A stretch of 64,000 nt of DNA, taken from positions 8,370,001 through 8,434,000 of the forward strand of contig NC_090404.1 of the NCBI RefSeq assembly GCF_036365525.1. The letters run 5' to 3'. The notes under the pieces were generated by a model that saw only the letters and a list, made by a program, of their open reading frames with translations, had not been told where the DNA came from and made no database searches. Source of the DNA: Heterodontus francisci. Taxonomy: Eukaryota. Positions 38,846 through 50,590 of the stretch are shown in pieces. A program made the position numbers and the translations under genes. Within the stretch, counting starts at the first letter, position 1. The number at the start of each line of letters is the position of its first letter.

Positions 38846-40119
38846 ACCCCGCTGCAGAGATGTCGCTGATACTGGATTCACTGAGAGTTGCAGTTAGAGC
38901 TCACCAGAGGGCGCCCTCACACCAGTAAACAGAAGCTATAATTCAGCCTCCACTCTGAGATTCTCAGGAACCATCTTAAAATTGCAATGAAGCACAGCAA
39001 TCAACAGCCACAGCTGATGTCCACTTGTGCAGTGATATTAGATTGTGATTACAACGCGTATTTATAAGAAAAATGAACTTTATATTCGATCTGTGATGTC
39101 TTGGCTCCCTTTTTGTTTCTCTATGCTCTACCCCTGTCCACTTGTTCCTCATTATCGCGTGGCTCCACTGTTTACCTAAAAGGGAATACATTTCCTTTTT
39201 CAGGTCTTCAGTTTAAAGGTTTAAAACCTTTGTTTCTGCTCGGAATATAAATTCAGAACCGCTCCAATCGAGGTGGAGCTGTCAGATCAGGCCAAGGGCT
39301 CAACACAGAATTCCTCACACCCTGTTCACTGCCATCTTCCCATTCAGTTTCCAGTACAGCCACCAGAGGGCGGCAGATAGTAATACTCCTTTCATGGATC
39401 AAACGTTGGGCAGTGAGGTGATTTCTGTTTCTCCAAAAGTTGAGTAAAACTTGGAATATATAGAAGTTTAATACTTGAAATCAATTTACTTCAATGGATT
39501 GGGAAGGTACATTGAATAATAATCCTCACAAAGATGCATCCACGTATCGAACGATTGGTTTCTGATACGAACCAGTGAGCAAGACAAGTAAGTGGAAGTT
39601 GTGGAAGATGGTGAAAGAATATTAAAATGTGAATGACAAACACACTCTGAGATTTCATTTCTGAAGCAGCTCGCTGTCCCGTGAGTGGAAATAGATGTTA
39701 AAGGTTTATTTCTGTTCGGTTGTTTTGTTCAGTAACAGCAGATATCATTGTTCGAATAGGAAGGATCTGTAAATCACTCCAGCAAAATACAGAATCATTG
39801 TTAGTTCACTAGTTAACTAATCGGTGAAGGAAATCTCACTGCAGTCACGGTTACCAGTGTGCTAATGGTGAAGTTACTGGAATTTGAGAGAAAGAGTTGA
39901 CGGTCGCAATAACCAGACAAGGGTTTCAGTCCCCGCCCCGTATCTCTCATCGTAGAACCATTTCCCCGATAAGGACAGTGACTGTAGCCCAATCCGAGGT
40001 GTTTCCATTCACTGACAACCAGCTCACCACCTACCGGTCTCACAGCACCACTGGGGACACAAGAAAGTGAGGTGAGAAAATCCTGAGACATGATTGCAGA
40101 TTATTGAGGCTGGGGATTA

Positions 40120-40300
40120 GGACGGGTGCATCATCTGGCAACCGGAACCAGTGTTCAGAGCAGGATCACGGCTCGGTTCCTTGCAGCAGAGAAGTGCAGT
40201 TCTCTGACTGTTAGCGCCACTCGGCTGACAGGCACCGCCACCTATTTCTGTGTAATGGAAACAAAGTGGAGCAAAGATCAGCAGGGACCGAACAAAAACC
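40120..40300 (+). pseudogene. 3' half of a TCR V with 23-RSS
   Basis: SRITARFLAAEKCSSLTVSATRLTGTATYFCVME; CAAAGTG-23-ACAAAAACC (40262-40300). Confidence 0.8.
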
Positions 40301-40402
40301 TGCCGTGGGCTGGTCCTGATCGTGTGTAGCCTATGCAGTTCACAGAGCTCTAGCAGTTTTATAACACTCTCATTTTTTCCGCCGAACTCGACACCAAACC
40401 CC

Positions 40403-40780
40403 ATGCGTTCCCCGTATTCCTTACTGATAATAATCACCGAGCTGCTCGGTGAGTCTGTGTTTCAAAGGTCATTGCCTGTCTCATATGTCATATTCAATCC
40501 CAGGCTTAGACGCAATCTGTGTTTTGTTACAGGAGCGAGTGGCGCAGACTCAGTGTCCCAGGATAAGTCTGAGTTCACGGTTCCGGAAGAACATTCTGTA
40601 ATATTCAGCTATCGTTACTCCACTACCGACAGCTTTCTCTCCCTCCATCGGTGCATCAACATTCCGGGAAAGCTCCGAGATATTTACCTAGGCGATCAAA
40701 CTCAGGTCACAAAGATAAGTCTCAAGGTTTCCCAGAATGATTCTCTGTTGGTTTGGACAAGGATACAGACAGCAACACAC
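40403..40780 (+). pseudogene. 3'-truncated TCR V pseudogene (10.3-kb V family)
   Basis: Leader MRSPYSLLIIITELL + GTGAGT; GASGADSVSQDK..SVIFSYRYSTT; frameshift, no YYC or RSS. Confidence 0.75.
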
Positions 40781-41119
40781 CGGTTTGAATTGAAACCTGA
40801 TAGTGGTAGTTCTCAGTGGACATGGCATCAAAGTAATCCTGCCGATAAAGCCCCAAAGAACACTTAATGGAGCTGTAAACTGGCTGAGGGTTTTCTGCGG
40901 GGTCTTGGTTTTTATCTGACGATGTACCTCACTGCACAGTAATAGAGTGCCCCGTCCTCCACACTCAGGTCACTTATATTGAGATAACCGCCAGTTATTG
41001 TTCGGGGATTTTGTTTTCCTTAAGTGCTACTTAAGGGACAATTTAAAGGATTATCGGGGAAAGGTGGAGACCGGGGATGAAAGGGACAGATAGGGAACAA
41101 CTGTAGGAATCTCTCCACG

Positions 41120-41330
41120 AATAAAAACAAAGAAATGCTATTAATACTCAGCAGGTCTGGCAGCGTCTGTGGAGAGAGAAGCATGGTTAACGTTTCAGGT
41201 CTGATGAAGGGTCACTGACCTGAAACATCAACTCTGCTTCTCTCTCCACAGATGATGACAGACCTGCTCAGTATTTCCAGCATTATTTGTTTTTGTTTCA
41301 GATTTGCAGCAACTGCAGTATTTTGCTTTT
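41120..41330. mobile_element. Penelope terminal fragment with ~80-bp inverted repeat and hammerhead-like core
   Basis: 41122-41200 is the reverse complement of ~41217-41298; matches 61090-61190; CTGATGA at 41201, GAAAC at 41222. Confidence 0.78.
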
Positions 41331-41995
41331 AGTCTCTCTAAGAACACAGGGTATGGACGGTGGGTCAGAGAGGCAGCAGCAAAGGGAAGCTGTGGGAGGG
41401 GCTGCCGCAGGCAGTGTTGTCACGTTGAGGATCCACTTGTAAGGAACGGAATTAAATAATAGTGTCTCTTTCGAAAATTCTACAACTCTGCCTTTCTATA
41501 AGACGTGTGGCACTTTCACATCCATTACATATTGCAGGAAGGCATATTCGGGACAGGATTGTCAAGACTATTATGTTAGCCAATATTAAGTGAATCATTC
41601 GCGAAATCGGTTGAAACCACAACTGAATCTATGGGCATCTGGGTTGGAATGGTTCTGAATTAACGTGCCGAGATTTAGCAAAGATTTATATTTGTAAACT
41701 AAAGACTGCAAGAAGGAAATGTGTACAATACTGGGTCAAGTGTAGAGACAGGGTGTGACAGGAACAAGTACGCAGGGAAAGAGCATCGAAAGACAAAATG
41801 TGAGTAAAGATCGCTGACTTCGATTTGTAAAGCTCATTTTTTAAATGATAAATGCAAGTTGTAGTCACAGACTAAGATAACTGCGCAAGTGGACCTCGCC
41901 TGTTGTTGAGGTTTGTGCTCTGTCGCAGTTTTAAGAATCTCCCGGTGACTCTCACTGTGGAGGCTGAATTATTGTTTCTGTTTATCGGTGCAAGC

Positions 41996-42022
41996 GCGCC
42001 CTCTGGTGGGCGCTAACTGGAA
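41996..42022 (-). promoter_or_regulatory. CTCF-like site just 3' of a V RSS (paralogs at 38889-38915 + and 45717-45742 -)
   Basis: TTCCAGTTAGCGCCCACCAGAGGGCGC: core plus upstream motif. Confidence 0.7.
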
Positions 42023-42073
42023 CTCTCAGTGTGGGTTTTTGTACAGGATCTGCGAGATCTCTGCAGCAGTGTG

Positions 42074-42564
42074 GGGCTCATGGCACAGAAATACACGGCG
42101 CTGTCGGAGATCAGGGTGTTGCCGACCGTTAGCTCGGTAATCTTGGCAGTTTTATTAAACGTAGCCGAGAACCGAACAGTGATGTCCGTGTTCCTGTATA
42201 CATTCCCTCCAATAATACGAAGTATGTTGTGTGGAGGCTGTCCGGGGCGCTGACTGTACCAGTACACATAAGGGCTTGTTTTCAAGGTGCAGGTTTGTGT
42301 GACTTTCGATCCCTCTTCAACCGTTCTTTCAGCAACCGGCTGTTCCACTGTGTCTTGGTGGCTCCATTCTAACAGAAAAATAGTAATATCAGCAATCAGA
42401 ATTTGCCTCATATTGATTGACATAACAGTCACCATCACCATCACTATTATTTTACCAACAATAACATCTAGAATGCAGCAGGGGGAGAATGGATTTTTAC
42501 TGGGAAGGAAATACTTACTGAGAAGTGATAGAAAGATGAGAAGCGGTGAGAGACGGTTCCCCAT
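42074..42564 (-). CDS. TCR alpha/delta V segment, potentially functional; leader 42564-42519, V exon 42368-42074
   Basis: Leader MGNRLSPLLIFLSLL; DTVEQPVAERTVEEGSKVTQTCTLKTSPYVYWYSQRPGQPP...SDSAVYFCAMS; RSS CACACTG-24-ACAAAAACC (42073-42034). Confidence 0.88.
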
Positions 42565-42894
42565 GATACTTCCTGAATCTGTAACTCTGCAGTGCAGGAA
42601 ACTCTCTGTCGGAGCAGAAATACAGATCCCCGTCCCACTGCACTGCTGATCCAACCAATGACAAGAATGGACCCGCAGCAGCAATCTCTCCAATAACAGA
42701 TTGTGGTCAGAGTGAGAGCAACAAACGGAAGCTGTGGGCGGAGATAGCGCAGACTCAAAATTGAGCGAAGTGTGCGAAGACACTCAGCTGCACTCGGAAC
42801 TAATGGGGAGGAAATAGCGACGGTTGAATCTCCAGAAGTCTGAGGCTATCCTGCACCTGCGTACTGGCAACAGAGTGTGAGGGACATGAGGGGA

Positions 42895-43470
42895 CTAGAA
42901 TGATAGAATCTTAGAGCACGGAATGAGGCCATTCGGCCTGAAGGTACCTCTGCCTCTTTGAAGGAGCTCTCCAATTCATTTTTCACTTCTCATGTTTTCC
43001 ACAAAACCCGGCTTTACTTTCCCTTTCAACTTATACACAATCCCCTTTTGAAAGTTACTGTTGAATCTTTTTCCGCCGCCCTTTTAGGCAGTGCATTCCA
43101 GATTTTAACGAATTGCTGTCTAAAAAATAAATCTCAGCTTGGCTTGTCCTTTTTTCATTTCTCTTAAAGCGGGGTGCTTGGGTTATCGATTTTTCTGCTC
43201 GTGGAAACAGTTACGAGTGATCTACTTCATCAAAACCACTTAGAATTTTGAGCATCTCAATTAAGTCTCTCTTTAAACTTCTTTCAGATAAGGCGGACAA
43301 TTCCTGTCTCTTCAGTCTGTTCACATAACAGTCAGTCATCTCTGATACCATTCCGCACTTTCCCCAATGTCTTGACATTCTTTCTAATTCGTGGTGCCCA
43401 GAATTGGACACAGAACTCCAGTTGATGTCTGAACAGTGATTTACAAAGGTTTGACATCATTTTCTGGCAT
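42895..43470 (-). mobile_element. Old CR1 3' fragment (similar relics ~33060-33600, 37480-37975, 46540-47020, 53250-53735)
   Basis: RHQLEFCVQFWAP, LKRDLIEMLKIL. Confidence 0.7.
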
Positions 43471-43819
43471 AAACTGCGGCAAAAAATAAAGTTTGGGTCC
43501 AATGAGCTGCAATTTAGGTTTCTAGGAGACATTTTATATGTAAATCAGTAAACCGTAAATCCACTCAATGGCCACATTCTCAACTAGATTGAACAGAATC
43601 CGCCAGCAGAGGGCGCGAAAATCAAAACATGGGAATTACAAAGTCATGTGATGCCAGCACCAATGCCAATTGGCATGGCAGGCTGAGTGAGGTCACAATA
43701 GTACCGCCCCCTGCAGTATGTGGGTGGAACTATGAGCTGAACAGGCCCCAGGTTACCTCTCTCCCCTTCTCAATCTTTGGCTCATTCCATTCCAATCACG
43801 GCGTGAGATTCAATTAGAC

Positions 43820-44322
43820 ATGTTTCTAATAATACTTGCGGCTGTGTTGCACAGTAAGTACTGGATTAGATTACGCAAGGTAAGTTAGCAGATTCATGCA
43901 AATGGTTTGCACTAGGATTTAATCCACTTAGTTGGGTAGATGAGATCTTAGACGCACTCACACAGATCGACGCAAGTTTAAATCAACCTTGTTTAACCTG
44001 CTTTTCTTTATTCCTCTACCTTTAAAGACGGACTATGTGCAGATCCAGTAACTCACTCTCCGGTGAGAATAACCTTGTCAGAAGGGCGTTTGGTGCAGGT
44101 AGATTGCTAATATTCAGCCCAGGTTATAAAGAACATGCAACGGTAACGGCAAAAACCGACACAGCTTCCAAGCTGGATTATTAGCAAACTTGTAGCACTT
44201 AAGGAAAACAAAATCTCCGAACAATATCTGGCGGCTGCTGACAAGTCTAAGAAGTACGGTTATCTCAATATAAGTGACCTGAGTGTGGAGGACGGGGCAC
44301 TCTATTACTGTGCAGTGAGGTA
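43820..44322 (+). pseudogene. TCR V pseudogene; leader 43820-43853, exon 44028-44322
   Basis: MFLIILAAVLH + GTAAGT; ADPVTHSP..VQVDC*YS..R*RQKP..LNISDLSVEDGALYYCAVR; decayed RSS. Its 3' end is also present inverted at ~40920-41030. Confidence 0.85.
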
Positions 44323-44469
44323 CATCGTCAGATAAAAGCCAAGACCCCGCAGAAAACCCTCAGCCAGTTTACAGCTCCGTTAAGTGTTCTTTGGGGCTTT
44401 ATCGGCAGGGTTACTTTGATGCCATGTCCACTGAGAACGACCACTGTCAGGTTTCAATTTATACAGTTG

Positions 44470-44823
44470 TGTTGCTGTCTGTATCCTTATCCAAACCAAC
44501 AGAGAACCAGTCTGGGAAACCTTGAGACTTATCTTTATGACCTGAGTTTGATCGCCTAGGTAAATATCTCGGAGCTTTCCCGGAATGTTGATGCACCGAT
44601 GGAGGTAGAGAAAGCTGTCAGATGTGGAGTAACGATAGCTGAATATCACGGAATGTTCTTCCGGAACCGGACACTGAGTCTGCGCCACTCGCTCCTGTAA
44701 CAAAACACAGATTGTGTCAAAGTCTGGGATTGAATGTGACGCCTGACACAGACAATGACCATTCAAACACAGACTCAGCGAGCAGCACGGTCATTATTAT
44801 CAGTAAGGAATGCGGGGAACGCG
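44470..44823 (-). pseudogene. Inverted-arm copy of the 40.4-kb truncated V
   Basis: Reverse-complement match to 40403-40780; ATG->ACG. Confidence 0.75.
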
Positions 44824-45787
44824 TGGGGTTTGGTGTCGAGTTCGGCGGACAAGAATGAGATCCTTCCTATTCGAACAATGATATCTGCTGTTGCTGAACA
44901 AAACAACCGAACAGAAATAAACCTTTACCATCGATCTCCATTAACGGGACAGCGAGCGGCTTCTGAAATGAAATCTCAGAGTGTGTTTGTCATTCACATT
45001 TTAATATTCTTTCACCATCTTCCACAACTTCCACTTACTTGTCCTGCTCACTGGTTAGTATCAGAAACCAATCGTTCGATATGTAGATGCATCTTTGTGA
45101 GGATTATTGTTCAATGTACCTTCCCAATCCATTGAAGTAAATTGAATTCAACTATTAAACTTCTTTCTATTCCATGTTTTACTCAGCTTTTGCAGAAACA
45201 GGAATCACCTCACTGCCCAACGTTTGATCCATGAAAGGAATATTGCTAACTGCCGCCCACTGGTGGCTGTACTGGGAAGTGGTCAGATGGCAGTGAACAG
45301 GCTGTGAGGAATTCTGTGTTGAGCCCTTGGCCTGATCTGACAGCTCCTGCTTATAGAAGCTCGATTGGAACGGTTCTGAATTTATACTCTGAGCAGAAAC
45401 AAACGTTTTAAACCTTTAAACTGAAGATCTGAAAAAGGAAATGTATTCACTTTTAAGTAAACAGTGGAGCCACGCGATAATGAGGAACAAGTGGACAGGG
45501 GGAGAGCATAGAGAAACAAAAAGGGAGCCAAGGCATCAGAGATCGAATATAAAGTTCATTTTCTTATAAATACGCGTTGTAATCACTATCTAATATCACT
45601 GCACAAGTGGACATCAGCTGTGGCTGTTGATTGCTGTGCTTCATTGCAATTTTAAGAAGGTTCCTGAGAATCTCAGAGTAAAGGCTGAATTATTGCTTCT
45701 GTTTATCGGTGTGAGGGCGCCCCCTGGTGAGCTCTAACTGCAACTCTCAGTGAGTCCGGTATCAGCAACATCTCTGCAGTGGGGTGG

Positions 45788-46168
45788 GGTTCATGGCACA
45801 TGATGGCACAGAAATACACAGCGGTGCCAGAGATCAGGGCGTTGCGGATCTTTAGCTGGGTAATCTTGGCAGTTTTACTAAAGGTAGAAGAGGATCGTCA
45901 GTGAAGTCGGGCTTCCGGTGTACTATCCCTCCATAGAGATAAAACATGTACTGTGGAGGCTGCCCGGGGCGCTGACTGTACGGGAGCACGCAAAGTGTTA
46001 GAAATTCTTGTTTTCATGGTACACGTTTGTGTGATATTACTTTCCTCTTCAACCATCATTTCATGAACTGGTTGTTACATTGTGTCTTGGTGGCTCCATT
46101 TTTACTGGGAAGGAAATACTTACTGAGAAGTGACATAATAATGAGAAGCGGCGAGAGACGGTTCCATA
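45788..46168 (-). pseudogene. TCR V pseudogene, inverted-arm copy of the 38.3-kb V
   Basis: ATG->ATA, most of the intron deleted, frameshifted exon ending ISGTAVYFCAI. Confidence 0.85.
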
Positions 46169-47725
46169 TGGTGGTCCCGAAGTCTGTAACTCTGCAGTCT
46201 GGGAAATATTCTGTCACAGCAGGAAGACAGATCCTCGCCACACTGCACTGCCGATCTAATACCAAACAAGGACCAGCGACAGCAATCTCCAAAACGGTGC
46301 AGGCAAGGCAGGTCAGAGAGAAAGAGAGAGAGAGCGAGCAGCAAACTAAAGCTGTGGGCGGGGCTGCCACCAACTCCAGTTTGAGTGAACTCAAGATTCT
46401 GTGCAACCGCAGAAAACGCGCAGTGAGGGTGTTGATTCAGTGGAAAGGGAACTAGTTGGATGGCGGAATTCTGTTGCCAGGCTGCTCCTGATCACCGTTT
46501 ACATGACTGGGAACAACTGACTTGCGGGAGAAATGAAGCGACTAGATACATCGGATCACACAGCCCCGAATGATACCACTTGGCCCATCGTACCTGCGTC
46601 GGCTCTTAGAAAGAACTATCACCTTAGTCTTACACCCCAGGCCCTTTCCACACAGCACTGCATTTTTCTCGTTCAAATACACATACAGTTCTCCTTTCAA
46701 AATTACTATTGAATCTGCTTCCTCCACCCTTTCAGGCTGTACATTCCAAATCATGAAAATCGCCCTTCAAAAAAAATCTCCTCTTCCCTGTCTTTTGTGG
46801 CAATTCCCTGAAATCTGTGTCCTTGGGATATCAAACTTCCTCCCATTGGAAACACTGATACACGATCTATTATATCAAACCCCAATATAATTTTGAACCT
46901 CACAGTGAAATTTCCTTAATCTTATGTCACATATAGAGAATAACTGCGGTTTCTCGAGCCTCTCTACAAGTCCCTCATCCCTGATCACAGTCTATTAAAT
47001 CTCCTCTGCACCCTCACCAAGTTCATGAAAACCTCCATGAAGTGGGGATTGAAATAACTTCAATCATTCATCATTTCTCCTTAAGATTATTTTCAAGGAT
47101 TCGTGGACTCTTTAAATTGGGCTGTGCAGTAACATGAGTGTTATTGACATTCCTGATAGTCCTTGCTCTGTTAGTGCTAGTGCAGACGGTGCCTTAAGAA
47201 CTCCGCAACATTGGCCTCTGCAAGAATCATATTTCAACAAGATTTCTGTCCCTACCTGCAGATGGGATGCTTCGTTACGTTAAAGTCCCTCTGTAAATAC
47301 AACTTGTGGATGTCGACATGAGGAAAAACAATTTTCTGCTAAGAGTTATTATATTTGACAGAGCAGTGGAATCAGTTTCAATAGTAACATTCAAAAGTAA
47401 AAGGCAATTGGATAAATACTTGATGTGCAAAAATTATGTATCAAGCAGACAGTTTGTGTGCGGTCTTTGTTGATGCTCCGAACAAGCAGATGAGTGTTTA
47501 GTATTCAGGGGGACATTAGGACCCTGCGGCAGCCTCATACGGCGGCGCTGCGAGATTCATTCAACCATTGGCCATGTGTGTGCTGGGCTGTGCTCCACAA
47601 CACCACTTTTTCACTGAGCAGCCCTTTTTCCTGTCTCCCCGTCAGTTTTCCGGAGCCTTTCACCGCGGCCTGTTCACAAGGTTTATTTGATCAGAGTGCG
47701 GGCAGAGACAGTTTATACACGCGCA

Positions 47726-48070
47726 GGGGGCGGCACAGTCGCGCAGTGGTTAGCACCGCATCCTCACAGCTCCAGCGACCTGGGTTCAATTCTGGTTACT
47801 GCCTGTGTGGAGTTTGCAAGTTCTCCCTGTGTCTGCGTGGGTTTCCTCCGGGTGCTCCGGTTTCCTCCCACAGCCAAAGACTTGCAGGTTGATTGACCAT
47901 TATAAATTGCCCCTAGTAGAGGTAGGTGGTAGGGGAATATAGGAACAGGTGAGGATGTGATAGGAATATGGGATCAGTGTCGGATTAGAATAAATGGGTG
48001 GTTAATGGTCGGCAGAGACTCGGTGGGCCGAAGGGCCTGTTTCAGTGCTGTATCTCTAAATCAAAATAAA
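47726..48070 (+). mobile_element. Full-length tRNA-derived SINE (HE1-like)
   Basis: A-box-like GCGCAGTGGTTAGC, B-box GGTTCAATTC, 3' tail GGGCCGAAGGGCCTGTTTC shared with CR1; absent at the homologous left-arm site (~36805). Confidence 0.88.
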
Positions 48071-48885
48071 TCGATTCAAAATAAACGGATTTCACAAGGT
48101 AGTGACTGTGATCTTTAAAACAAGTCCCAAGCACACAGTCCCCCCAATGTCCATTGTCCTTCCGAGTGTCTCTTCATTCTCTGTCACAGCAGCTGGAAAC
48201 TCCAACCTGGAAATCAATAATTATTGCATTGAAATATCATTTTAAATACAAACCACAGAAAAGGCGGGTTCAGGAAGCATGTGTTTAAATGACAGGGAGA
48301 GTTTATTCTTTGTGTATATTGTGTATATCTGCCTGGATATTGACAATGTCACTGGATTGTCTCTTATTGCAATCTGACACTCAGTTGCTTGACTGAGGGA
48401 AGCTGCCGGGTCTGAGGCGCCGTCCTTCAGATCAGACTTTTAACTGAGGCCCCGCCAGCCCGTTCAGGGAGATGTTAAAGAATTCCCGGCACTATTGGAA
48501 TAAGAGCAGGGAGGGAGGATTCTCCTGGTGTCCTGGGCCCACATTCCACCCTCAACAAACACCACCCAATAGTGGGTGAAAGGATGGCGGCAGCTTCTAC
48601 TGACAGAACAACTCCCCCAGCCCCACCCCCTGTACATCAGACTAATGTGGGAGGGGATTTCACATCGGGCTCACAGACCCAATGAAGCGACAGAAAACTG
48701 CAAGTTCCCTCTTTAAACTGTCGCTTATTCACACAACACACAGTCAGAGACCCGGGAACCGTGCGGCCCATCAATGATCTCCGGGACACTGCCCTCTGCA
48801 AATCAACTCGACCCCCCTGAAGTATTTCAGTCCAGCTCTGAGGTCCAGTCTCCCAGAGCAGTCCAGGGCTGCAGTCTCCAGCTCC

Positions 48886-48900
48886 CCGTCATATAAACCA
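48886..48900 (+). promoter_or_regulatory. TATA box with adjacent CRE half-site of the NAR V promoter (mirror ~35993-36007)
   Basis: CGTCATATAAA ~30 bp upstream of the ATG in both copies. Confidence 0.55.
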
Positions 48901-48921
48901 TCAGCTCCAGGCAGCAGAACA

Positions 48922-49403
48922 ATGGGAATCCTCCTTGTTTTCACCCTGTGTGTCTGTTTACCCCGTGAGTACCGATCAAACACACCGACATTGTGTGGAT
49001 TTAATATAAAGCTGCCCGAGTCCATCCGAATTACAGACAATCTCTGGGGTTTTAGCCTCGTTGTGTGGTTTGGCTCTGATGGCCCATTAAATTCTCTCTG
49101 TTTAATTTCCAGACTCTTTCAGTCAGTCAGTGACACAGACCCCTACAGTGGTGACCAGGAAGGAGTGTCAGTCTCTCACCATCACCTGCGTTTACTACGG
49201 TCGAAATTGGGGTTATTATTTTCAAGATGGATATTTCTTCAGACAGATCCAGACCGGGACAAACCAGGAGCGGATCACCGGCGGAGGGCGATTTGTTGTA
49301 TCGATGAATAAGGCAAAAAATACATTTTAGCTGGAAATTCAGGATGTGAGAGTTGAAGACACCGCCACCTATTACTGTAAAGCTGAGTACAGGTACAAGA
49401 ACA
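48922..49403 (+). pseudogene. NAR-TCR V segment with one nonsense codon; leader 48922-48964, V exon 49113-49403
   Basis: Paralog of the 35.5-kb V; TCG->TAG at 49328-49330 (NTF*LEIQDVRVEDTATYYCKA); RSS CACAGTG-22-GCAAAAACT (49404-49441) intact. Confidence 0.92.
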
Positions 49404-49793
49404 CACAGTGATGGGCCTCGGCTTCCAGCGGTGCAAAAACTCTCACTGCAAATTATCACAGAAACAAATCTAAAAACAGAGTTAATCTGCCGTTCAACCC
49501 CACAGTTCCCCCTCGCACCGTCTGCTCCACAGTCTAGTTTATAATGTTATTGGATTGTTTCCGTTAACATCTTGAGTTTTATAAATGCCCAGTGTGTGCG
49601 GATGGTGATGTCTTTCCCGGGATTTGTGTCAGTAAATGGGAGATTGGGAATGACTGATCACAGTTCCAAATTCCTAACACCAGATGGGATCCTGATCTAT
49701 CAGCTGGAACCGGAACCGCAGTCTCCGCTGTTATCTAATGTCCCCACTTCACACCCGGTACCGGGGGATTTTGTGCTGACTTGAAACATTGTG

Positions 49794-49807
49794 TTTTCTG
49801 GGATCTT
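49794..49807 (+). other. NAR-TCR D segment flanked by 12/12 RSS
   Basis: GGATTTTGT(49766)-12-CATTGTG [TTTTCTGGGATCTT] CACAGTG-12-GCAAATACC(49835). Confidence 0.92.
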
Positions 49808-50212
49808 CACAGTGTTTGAGATCTGAGCAAATACCTCTGTAAAATCAAAATATAAATACCCCAGGTCCAGATCCTGAATTGTAGGATTGATATTATTATC
49901 GATGTAATCTGGTTTAATTTCACTGTAATTTCCTCCTTTCAGTTCGCTTTCTTTGACATTATTCATTGACATTATTCTCCTTTTATATCAAGCGCCCAAA
50001 TCCGGCCCCTGTTCCTGGGCCATTTCACTAAGAGCTCAGAGTCTCAAAAAGAACAGTTTGAACAGATATGGATTGTGAAACAAGGGAATATTGTGAAATG
50101 ATTTAAAACCCCTGGAATAATTGAGCATCGCCAACTATCTGGTGATGTGCGGCTGGGAGATTGAGGTGTCGGTACTTCTTGCACCAGGGTGACTGGTAGC
50201 GGTGTCACTGTG

Positions 50213-50276
50213 GTATATAATTACTGGAAGGATGATTCTGCAGATGGATCCGGGACGGTGGTGACTGTCACAGCCG
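50213..50276 (+). CDS. NAR-TCR J segment with 23-RSS
   Basis: ACTTCTTGC(50174)-23-CACTGTG(50212); VYNYWKDDSADGSGTVVTVTA; GTAAGT donor at 50277. Confidence 0.9.
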
Positions 50277-50590
50277 GTAAGTGACTCTAAACCCATACAG
50301 GCCATCTCTGTAAAATGCTCATCGTCACTTTATCATAGTTTTCAGCAAAACTTCAATCGCCTTCAAACTAAAACACAACAGTTTCCAATAGAGCTTTTCC
50401 ATTGCAGTTTTAGATTGGGGAACAGAATATGAACCGGGAGTCGGGTCCGGGTGTGATTCCGGAGTAAGTAGATGTGAGATCCCCACAGAGCAGGCAATCT
50501 GGCCCGGGTAGGTGTGACTCCATCTGGATCAGCATTGGTTTCACGGGCATGTCCGAGCATTTCATCAAGATTCCGTACTTACTCTCTTTC

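Noticed and set aside
42013-42783. 256-aa single-exon ORF with a hydrophobic middle
   Set aside because: Read-through of flank, leader, a 150-nt in-frame intron, V and RSS; canonical splice sites explain it and the paralogous introns are not kept open.
49560-49680. Additional D segment between NAR V and D (CAGTGTG, CACAGTT)
   Set aside because: No correctly spaced nonamers, and CACAGTT is not conserved in the left arm.
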